The notes under the pieces: model-generated
Database searches by the model: none
What the model saw: only the letters and a program-made list of their open reading frames with translations
Told to the model about the DNA's origin: nothing
Program-made: the position numbers and the translations under genes
Shown: positions 53,901 through 64,000 of the stretch, piece by piece
Position numbering within the stretch: position 1 is the first letter of the stretch
Layout: every line of letters begins with the position of its first letter
NCBI GenBank assembly: GCA_946965045.2
Contig: OX337234.1
Span: 3,348,001 to 3,412,000 of the forward strand
From: Epithemia pelagica
Taxonomy: Eukaryota > Protista > Bacillariophyta
DNA length: 64,000 nt
Direction of reading: 5' to 3'

Positions 53901-56900
53901 ATTCAAGATCAATTCCTGATGGCGAACAGGACTATTGAATTTATTCCGCAACAACCTGTTGTCACCACTACCTCGACGAAACGTTTGGCAAACAGAAGAA
54001 CCAGTGATGATGCGAATAACGTTCACCCTGTGCCACTCGGGACAACAAGCGAAAGGAATTCCCGACCCAGTGCTTTACCCACACACATTCATACGATAGC
54101 GCACAGAGACGACCATTCATCCTTTACGAGTGAACTGCCTCCGCCACCTCCACCCTCGGACGACCTGGAAAATAGTTTACGGAGTGGCAGTCTTCCGCCA
54201 CCCCCTCCACCTTCGGACGATCTGGAAAGTAGCATTCGAAGTGGCAGTCTTACGAACAGCCTACGAAGTGGTAGTCTTGCTCCACCACCGCCGCCGCCCT
54301 CGGACGACCTGGAAAATAGCATTCGAAGTGGCAGTCTTACGAATAGTATACGAAGTGGAAGTCTTGCTCCACCACCTCCGCCACCTTCGGATGATCTGGA
54401 AAATAGTATGCGGAGTGGCAGTCTTGCTCCTCCACCACCGCCCTCGGAAGACCTTGAAAGCAGCATAAGGAGCGGCAGTGTTGCTCCGCCACCTCCTCCG
54501 TCAGACGATATGGAAAACAGCGTAGGGAGTGGAAATGTTGCTCCTCGCCCTCCACCCGCGCATGAAATGGGAACTAGCCTACACGTAAACATTCTTCCTG
54601 CACCCACACGATCCTCGGGTGCTCTGAATACTGGGAGAGCTTACAAGCAACAACCAATGTCTTTTACCTCAGCATCAGTGAACCCGGCACGAGAACCAGC
54701 AGAACAGCCTATGCAGGTTAACACTTCAACGTCAAAGCCGCCCACCTCCTCCGAACAACCGCCATCCATTGCAGCATCGTTTTCTCCAACGGAGGTTGAC
54801 CACAAATCTGTGCCAACAGAGGATCCGCCACTTCCAAAAGTTCGTCCAGTGTCAGTTTCCGCTCCGTCTCTCGGTTCGCCGCCGCCACAATGGAACACAA
54901 CAGGCAACATGGGCAAGGACGAAGCCGTCAGAGCAAAACTGGTAAACGAGCCAGAAACTAAGAATCCCTTAGATGCCTTGTCAATGCAACCATCAGTGGA
55001 CAAAGCCCACAAGGTGCATGTGAAACATGCCACTGTTGCGGGTGAACCATGCATTGAATCTGTTCAGGACAATGAGGTCAATCTGATGGAGATGGATGAT
55101 GAGGCGGACATACAGGTCGTAGCATCCCATTTGGATGCTACTGCAAACCGTCTTGATTCAATGGACAAAGATGGTGAGGATGATGGTTATGAACCTTTAT
55201 CTGCTGCAGACGTTCTAGGGAAACGACGAAGAATACGAGCAGTCGCTACGTCCACAACGGACGACTTTGTGCACCAGGAATCCATCCCGGGTGACCCCCA
55301 ACTTACGTTACCCTCCTCGACACGAAAACAACAGCAAGACGATCTTCATCTTCAGCAGGAAATATCGCTCAATGATACGCGAGTGCTAGAATCGGAAGCA
55401 ACCGTCTCCGATTCCCCGGCACTCGTTGTAGAGGAAGAGGAACACAAACAGTCCTCAGCAACAATGGAAACACTCAATAGCGGATCCTCGGCAGAACCAT
55501 ACAATCAGACAGGTCATGAGGATACGGGCGGAACAAAATTTTCAGCTGACAGCGCGGGCACGAACGAGATGAGGGAAAGACAACGTGTTTGGGGAAAGGT
55601 CGACTCAGAGAAACCCGAGCGTGGTGACAATTCGCAACCAATGGTGGTAAGGATTGCACATGGTCTTGTTAAGGACGATGACCAGACAAGACAAATCGCC
55701 GCTTCGCCTTTCGAAAAGGAGCTCCAAGCGGAAACTTCCTCTTCTCCGTCAGCGACAGATGTGTTTCAGCCAAGAATGGCTTTTGGACAATCTACGTTGT
55801 CACAACTGTCAAAGGCACAAACCAACGATGACGAGATGGTACATATGCATACTGCAGCATCAACTCTCATGACAGCTCAAGCAATACAAGCACCCAGTTC
55901 CCACACTGTTGTTTCTCAGAAGGATATTTTGCAAGGGCATCATGGGAAATCCTCATCTCAAGTACAGCGGTCGGATAACCTTTTATCAGCGCCAAAAGTA
56001 GCCATGGCACGCACTCAACAAGACGAGAATACAAATAACAAGGGCCGAGCGGAACACCTTCAGAAAGCAGCAGTAAATGATCAACCTAGAATACCTTCAA
56101 CGAAGACAAACAGCGCGCAAACAGTGAGACTGGTTGACTCAGAATCACGTCAGGAGTTTTTCGATGCCATGCCGCTACCCGAAACCTTCGACCAGGTCCA
56201 AAACACACAAACTATCTCTCAACGTTCGTCCTCGCAAGAACGTCTGGAAAATACACGGCGAGCACTTGAGGCAAAGAAGTATGGAAGCCATACTGATGAT
56301 ACCATAAATGGTGGTGGTAGTGGCGGCGGCGATGACGTTGTGTGGTGGGATCCAATGGAGGACAGTTTCAAAGATACACGCGGATACCAGTCAGATACAA
56401 GTTCGTACTATAGTGTCGAAAACAATGACGTTGACCAGGGTCAAGACAAGCCCGAAAGCACGGAACCTTGGGTACCTCCTCCACCGCCTCCACCGCCACC
56501 ACCGCCTCCTCCTCTGGACTCAAAGTTTGAATCAATGGTACCTCCACCTCCCCCGTCACCACCACCTCCTCCCCCTCCACTATTAGAGGATCCACCATTA
56601 GAGGATGTAGCAGATGATATTTTCGCGCCGCTGAATTATGCAGAAATTGAATCGAGGTTTTATTCCAGTCATGTGAGTGGACAGACCAATACGCAACAAG
56701 AGAGTTCAACTGAATTCCACGTCCCTCTGACTCCAGACACTGACCAAAGGAACATGTCGAACGCTCCTGATCATCAGCAAGCGACTGCAAATGCAGGAGA
56801 TGGTGGTTTGGGACTATTCGTCGGAGCTTTCTTGCGGGGAGTTGAATTCATGCTGGGTGGAGGTACAACTTCGTCTCCCAGACGAACCTCCGCGACAGGA

Positions 56901-59900
56901 ACTGCGGGGGGAGATTCTAATCATGAAACAAACCCTCGGAGAGCTGAGACGAAAGAGGCAGAGGAAGTAGATTCTGATGATCTACTCGATCGTAGTCGCA
57001 TTGTTCATACTTCCGAAACAAATACTATCGAGAAACTTTACTCAGATGACGAGGATGAAGATGACGCAAACAGCTTACTAATGGGTTTGAATCCTCTTGG
57101 ACTCGGAAACGATGCTGACGAAAACCTCCAATCTGGTAACAGACATGGAGACCGCTATTCGGAATCAGCATCCTATCACCTCTCGTTCGGTGATTCAAAA
57201 CACCGGAAAAGCCCCCAGAAAGACGATGATTCCTCTGAAGACATCTACTTCGATGACAGCGACGATGAAACCAACAAAGAAGACGAGGCAGAGCAAAGCC
57301 AGACCACGGAGAATGGGGACCAGCAATCAACGTCAAATGACTCACAGATCGCATCGATTGTAGATAGTCCAGTAGCAAATCAAGAGCGACAAAAGGCACA
57401 AAATCATCACCACCTGCAACCTTCAACAGACTTCGTTGATATAAGCATAGATGATGACATAGAAAAGGAAGCACAACAAGATAATGCGATCGGAGGAGAT
57501 AAAAGGAAGATCGAGAGGTCCAATCCACTGACATCACCCCAAGCTGGAGAAACTCGCATTTCTGAACAAGGTAATGTTCAACATTCGTTGGTTCCAGACC
57601 CTCTTCTTTTGGAAAAAGAGATTGATCACGGCACGTCTGGGATGCAACCATGGGAAATCGAGTCATCCAGCGTCAGTGACCATCCGCTTGAAACACATGA
57701 ATTACTGTCGAAGACTCAAGGGGGACATGACGTTATCGTCGATAAACCGTACATGATGATGCGGCACCGACGACGAAGAATCTGGCGAAACCGAGCGTGT
57801 GGCCTTCTTTTTGTAGTTTCCTGTGTTCTCTTGGTTGCTCTGATTCAACGCTTCAGTGACCGCTGGGATGGTTTTCCGAGAATTGGACCACTGCGCTCGT
57901 TTTCGAATAGCAAAAATGAAGCCAGTGACGTCCACTCAAGCTCTGGGATATCATCACTTCGAGCACAGGGAAACTCATTCTCAAAAGTCATGGACAATCA
58001 ACCTGACTTCTCAGGAAAACCTACTGCAACCTCGGACGGTACTAATGCTTTGTGTTCTCAAACGTACCTGAGAGGAAACTGTCGTGGGTCACGCTTTCCC
58101 TCTCCATCCATGGATGCTATTAACAGTGGTGTTCCACTTCTGAACTGTGCAGAAATCATTTTGGATTCTACAGTACGAACACCTTCTCCAGATTCCAGTG
58201 CGAAAAGTCAACATATTCGGTTGTCTTACAGTTCATCCAGTCGCCTGTGCATGTTGGTACGAACGGAAGGTCAAAACCAGTGGATTCCAATTGCGCGGTC
58301 TTACGAAGGAAATGCATGGGAGCCTTATTCATCGAAACGAACAAATAAATCTACCAGCATAAAGTGTGATGACCTTCAGGCTGAATGTACGGTCAGCTTA
58401 CCTTCGCAGAACCACTCAACCTTTTTCATTGCACTGGTTGCTCGATCGGTGGAGTCTTCGTCACGTAACCGATATGCACGGTTTCTTGAACAAACTACGT
58501 TTGGAACAAGAAGGAGTGACATCGATTCAATCTTGTCCTCTGAATCCAATACTCCTTCAACGGAGATATCGTCCATGGCAAGATGGGTGGAACACCAGAT
58601 GTCCCCATCTATCGTACCTCCATCGTTGCATCGAGTCTTCTGGCGTCGGCACGCAGTGACGCGATATGAACGTTCGTCACCCATAGGTCTAGTGACGCAT
58701 CCATGCCAGAAATATGCTGCTTATCGGAGATTCGCTTTCACTGAGGAACACCGCGGAAGTATGCTGGATATTTCCACGATTGCCGTTGGAGGGCAAACGA
58801 AAAAGGTGCTTTCTATTAATGATGCCGTCTTGTCTGTCGTTGACGGTCCAATCAAACTGATCGACGAATATGGAACGGGCACCGTGGTATTTCACGATGG
58901 GAGGTGAGTCACGGAAGCAAATCATATCAGAGAAAGATCGATATTCCTAATTGCTTCTTTCAACACCTGAATTAATGCTTTCTGCTTGCAGATACGAGTT
59001 CTGTCAAAGTCCAAAAGCTTTCGTCGGTGGTGACATTTTCTTGAAACACCCCAAAGACAGCTCATGTTCACATCTTGTCCAGTTCGGCTCTTTCCCCGGC
59101 AATCCACCAGTTATGTTTACTGAGGATCTCATTGTTTCACCAGCATCAAAGGTTAACCTACCAGAAACATCTGTTCAGGACATTGATGTAGATTATTTCG
59201 CTTCTCGAGATCCGCCTTCTCAACGTCTTTTGCTCGTTGAGTCACTAAACGATGATGTTTGCGAGGAATATGCATTTGGAGGACGTGTGGATCTTGTCGT
59301 TGGTTTCTACAAATCGGAATATTGGATACATGATTCACGAGTTGTTTTACAGGACAATACGCTTGGGAATCCTTTGCCTGACGGAGGACGAGATATTGTA
59401 GAATCCACCGCCGCCGTCGACCCGAAGTATGGGGCACGCTGTTCCAATGTTCGGAGATCATGGCAAAACGAGCATACTTGCTTTCTCAGTTCAAAAGCAT
59501 GCGTGCAAAATTCTGAGTCAGGTTCAGGAGGATCAGTAGTCTGTGGTAGCCATGGGGAAGTGGCCAATGATCTAAGCCTTGGTGGCGAAGCCCTCCGAGG
59601 TGCATTTGATATCCATCAGAGCTCTTCTGTTGGTGATGCTCAAACGGTTTGGACGGTTCTCGCATTGAATTCAGCAGATCAATTGCGCCAACGCATGGCA
59701 TGGGCATTGAGCCAAATATTTGTCAGTACCAATCTCATAAATGTTTTGTGATGTTCCATTCCAACTTTGCTAATATTCTTTCCATTTCCCAAACCACAGA
59801 TTGTTAATGATGGCTCCAACAAAGACGCTGAAGCGGAATCTTTTGTTGCATTTTATGATATCTTCGTTCGCAACGCCTTTGGAAACTACCGCACCGTGAT

Positions 59901-62900
59901 CAAGGAGTCTATCTATAGCCCATTGATGGGAAGCATGTTGGCGTTTTTAAATTCCCCGTCGTTGGAGTTCAGAAGGCGTGAAACGTACGAAGTGCTAGGT
60001 TATCCTGATGAGGTTCGTGTTTGTTATTACTATGACTTGCATGACTGTCTCGTCTGACAGCAATCTCTCACACCCGAATATTTTTGTAACGTTTTCGGCA
60101 GTCACTTGCCAACGCAATGGTAAAGTTGTTCACAATAGGGAAGTATCAACTAGGTCATGACGGTGAACATATTCCGGACGAAAATGGACTTCCAATTCAG
60201 GCGTATTCCATTGATGACATCAAAGAGTATGCGCGCGTTTGGACAGGCTTCAGAACAAGTAAGATTCGCGGAAATATTGGAAATGCTGTAGAAAACACAA
60301 TTGACCCCATGTATATTGACGCGACAGAAAGAGACGTCTTTCCCAAATTGGGGTTGGACCAATCGTATGTTGGCGATGGCTACCCACTTTGTGCAGATCA
60401 ACCACAACACCAGTTTTTGAAACGCGGAGCAAAGTATATTTTATTGGGCTCGAGCCCATCGCCGGAAATGCAAAGTGATCCTTCCTCTTGGGAAAACAGT
60501 ACTGAAGCCGTCCGTTTTGTCGCAGATCCAGAAGGGGAGTTGAATTCTGTTCTTTGTGGTCGGGAGAGAACCTCTAATTTATGCTGGTATCCGCCAGTGG
60601 TAACTCTGCAGGACAATTTAAGATGCTTTGGGCTTGAATGTGATGTTGATACTGTCAGAGTCGTCCAAGTTGAAGGCGGAATTTTTTACGAGTATGTTCC
60701 CGTTCCGTGCGTGTACCACACGTTTTTTAAGGACGCTCAAATAATTGGTAAGAAATCGATGTCGGCTGAGCACAAGGGTTCACAAATGTGCGGCAATCCG
60801 AAAACAGCGACTGCCGCAGCCGCTTGCTGTTATGACGGAGAGAATGCATATGCATATGACACGTTCTGGGGCGAGCGAGTGAGAGGTGCTGAAGCTGCTC
60901 GCCGTTGTTCCTTGAAAAAAGAGAGATTATGTAATAGTAGACTACGAATTCAGAACTGTCAGGGGACCTCATGTGACGGACATCAGTACTACTGGATGTC
61001 ACCAGACTCGGTGTGTACACTCAAGGCCAAATTCAACAGAAATGAGATGGTTGCCGTTGTGCACGAGCTCGGTCCTGAAGAAGTGCAGCGAGAAATGGAG
61101 TTTGCTGAGCAGGATAGCAAGACCTTTTTCCGTGTACAATACTTAAGCGGTGGCAACAAAGTTAAGGATCTAATAAGAGACTGTGATGCAAACGCTGGGT
61201 GCTCACGATCGACCGATGGATATTGTATGTGCGAGGTTGCAGTCTCTACTCAACTCGTTTTTGGTTCAATTCCAACGAGAGAAGAAGTTCTTTCTATCCT
61301 CACTGTTGGTTCGCACTACCCAGACACGCTTGATGATCTGTATACGAGAACTACAGTTGGTTCCGTCACTGTGTACACGAAAAACGGGATTGTGACAGAT
61401 GAAACTATATTCGAAGTCTTGGACGACTATGGCGTTGTTCACTTGAGAAAGAATGTGCTTTCGGTTGTAAGCGTTGGTACTACGGGCATTTCCTTCCGCA
61501 ATCCTGTGCAGTTTATGTCCTTTTCTGAACCAACTCGCCGTGACGCAGAAAACGAGGTTGATGCTGCAATTGATCATCTTTTCTACCATCCCAATACAGC
61601 TGTCTTCCTTGCAATCCGCCTGGCTCAAAGGTTCGGTATCAGTAATCCATCCCCGCGATACACCAAGGCGATAGCCGATGCATTTCGAGAAGGTACCTAT
61701 GTGCACACGAGTGGAAACGACAGAGTTGTCTTTGGAAATGCATCTTACGGCGACCTTGCAGCTTCAGTTGCCGCTACTGTTCTGGATCGGGAAGCTCGAA
61801 GTGTGTTGCTGGATATGGATCCGTTTCATGGAAGTCTGAAAGAGCCTTTGTTGAAACTTATTGGACTGATGCGCAACCTTGAATTTAAACCCACTCCTGA
61901 ATTTCCGTTCGTTCGCTTTTTGAAAGATATGCAAGATTCCATTGGTCAGATGGTGTACCAAGCACCTGACGTTTATTCCTATTTTGACCCAGAATTTCGT
62001 CCTAATGGTGACATAGCCAATGCTGGTTTGGTTTCACCAGAAGCACAAGTTCTTTCAAACTTCAACATCGTTGGGTTGATGGATGGTTTCTTAGCAATGG
62101 TCAAATATGGTCTTGACCGTTGCTTTGATGGTTTTGGTGAATCGTCAATCTGGAAGGGAAAGAACCGATGCCAATCCAGGCTGCCGGGCGAATATTCAGA
62201 AGCTTCGAGTTATCCTCACTTTGTCCCCTCTGATGCAAGTTCGCCATCAAGTGTTGTCGATGAGCTGTCAACACTCATGACAAGCGGTCGACTTAATCAA
62301 CATCACCGAAGCTTAATTGAACAGGCCGTAGCTCAGGAACCAGATCGAATGATTGGAATCATCAAGGCGGAGCAACTTATGGCATCAATCCCTGAATTTC
62401 ATAGCACAGGGACTGTCACAACTAGTTCCGAAAGGACCCAGGACGCGCCAGAAAGTGTGTCGAAGTCCAGCAAACCCTACAAAGCATTGGTAGTTTTGAT
62501 GCTGGCAGGGGGTTGTGACTCCTTTAACCTTCTTGTTCCGAAGAGGTGTCCTGGGACAAATGACGGAGGTGTCTCTGTCCTGGACCAGTACGTTTCGGAA
62601 CGGGGTGTAATTGGACTCGATGACATTGAACGTAAACTTGAAATCGAGGCCAAAAACCAGAACCAGCCTTGCGACACCTTTGCTGTTCATCCACAGTTGC
62701 CTGTCGTCCAAGAACTCTACAAGTCCGGAGATTTGAGCTTCTTTGTCAACGCCGGAATGATCGACCGGCCGTCCAATAGTGACACTTGGAGGGTGGCAAC
62801 GTCTACAAAGCTGTTTGACAACCACGCGATGCAAAGAGCAGCTCAACTCCTGGACCCCTATAGCCTCGAAACGCCAAGTGGGGTCCTGACCCGGATTGCG

Positions 62901-63767
62901 AATGCGTTGAAAAACACACGCTACGGACTGAATCCCCAAACCTTTTCCCTGAACAAACCTTTTCTTGCAGTCAAAACAAACAGCAGCACGCATGAACTGA
63001 ACCCAATTATAATCCATGAAGATGGTCCGCAAGCTTTTAACAACAAGCCAAAAGGGGAACAATTTGATCCCCTTGACAACATCAAGAAGCTCAATGAATT
63101 GAGCTTTGGACAAAGCAACTTGTTCGGTAATTTGTGGTCCCGGGCCCTTTTGCGCGCACTGTCAGACAACGACTTTTGGAGTAGAGCACTGGATGGCGTT
63201 GAATTGGAAGTTTCTTGTGGATCAAAAGCGCTAAACATGGCTGTGAAATTGATGGAAACCCGACAGGATCGTGGAAAGGACCGCGACATGTTTTTTGTTG
63301 AAATGGGTGGTTGGGACAATGAATTCGGCACAAAGGCTGGTCTGGATGAGGGTTTTGAACAGTTGAATGATGACATCACCTGTTTCGTGGAAAACGTGAA
63401 GCAAAAAGGTCTCTGGAAAAATGTAACCTTATTGGTGGTTTCGGAATTTGGACGAACGCTTGTACCGACTAGTAATACTTCGTTGAAAACCGGGAATGGT
63501 TGGGCTGGCCACTACTTTGCCATTGGTGGAGGGGTGCAAGGTGGTGTTCTCCATGGACAATATCCCTCCGATTTGACGAAGTCCAGTATGTTGCAGGCGG
63601 GAGATGGACGTATCATACCTACGCTTTCGTGGGAGTCCATTTGGTTCGCCATGATGGAATGGATGGGTGTGAGCATACAAGAAGACTTACATGCCCTGCT
63701 ACCAAATGCTCGTGGAACTGAAACGAAACTGCTTCGCAAAGACGAAGTTTTTGAACAAAATCTGTAA
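50967..63767 (+). CDS. Giant membrane-anchored DUF1800-DUF1501 fusion protein, 4 exons, ~4181 aa
   Basis: Exons 50967-58903, 58992-59721, 59800-60012 and 60102-63767 join in frame (12,546 nt). DUF1800-like motifs ARFLEQTTFG, LRQRMAWALSQIF, NAFGNYR, PDE, HPNT and KEPLLK. DUF1501-like motifs LAGGCDSFN, GGWD, SEFGRTL and GGGVQGG. TM segment GLLFVVSCVLLVALIQ. Confidence 0.8.
54135..54560 (+). repeat. Coding repeat of about seven PPPPPSDDLENSxRSGS units
   Basis: Visible in both DNA and translation. Confidence 0.9.
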
Positions 63768-64000
63768 ATGCAGAAGCGCTACATACACGCCGTACAATAA
63801 ATAATGTATAGTACACGACATTTGTTTCCTCTTGTGGTATCGTGCCCTTGACGCAGCACCTAGAAAGATGCGATGATGTGGCTTCATTGGCTGCAGATCC
63901 CATTGCGTTGAATCAAGTTCGAGGGAGGAGCTAATCGGAGTAATTTTCCACATCTGGGTAGTATTGGTTGAACCCCCGGACCCGGGCCGGAACAAGACCA

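Noticed and set aside
63699-63995. 98-aa minus-strand ORF at the right edge
   Set aside because: Too little sequence to judge. It could be the end of a neighbouring gene but has no motif and overlaps the giant gene stop.
1-64000. tRNA or rRNA genes
   Set aside because: None recognised. The only tRNA-like sequence is the 12-nt PBS.

Overview
This is eukaryotic nuclear DNA with short GT-AG introns. The gene content and low-complexity style suggest a pennate diatom (inference from gene families, not a database match). From left to right: (1) the 3' part of a DIRS-like tyrosine-recombinase retrotransposon, with RT/RNase H broken by one TAG and an intact YR ORF; (2) an SGNH hydrolase; (3) two tandem paralogs of a secreted C-type-lectin-like gene, the second split by a young, complete 9,779-bp Ty1/copia element; (4) two convergent paralogous membrane-anchored Pro/Ser-repeat genes that share a 68-bp exon but end in different domains (one a legume lectin); (5) a sulfotransferase; (6) a rearranged island with a 4x62-bp start-codon repeat, a HET-like ORF and a Crinkler-like restriction-endonuclease-fold gene between ~950-bp direct repeats, with inverted 10-mer arrays upstream of it; (7) a GT92 glycosyltransferase; (8) an inverted pair of unknown genes, one bracketed by ~90-bp inverted repeats; (9) a ~4,180-aa membrane-anchored DUF1800-DUF1501 fusion gene. 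The strongest candidate for something undescribed is the copia element. Its ends are fixed by a GCGAC target duplication and an uninterrupted paralog, and they read AG...GT instead of TG...CA. Its Gag carries an ~830-aa extension with several hydrophobic segments and is separated from pol by a single in-frame TAA. The HET/REase island is the second candidate. All domain calls are by-eye motif recognition and no searches were run.
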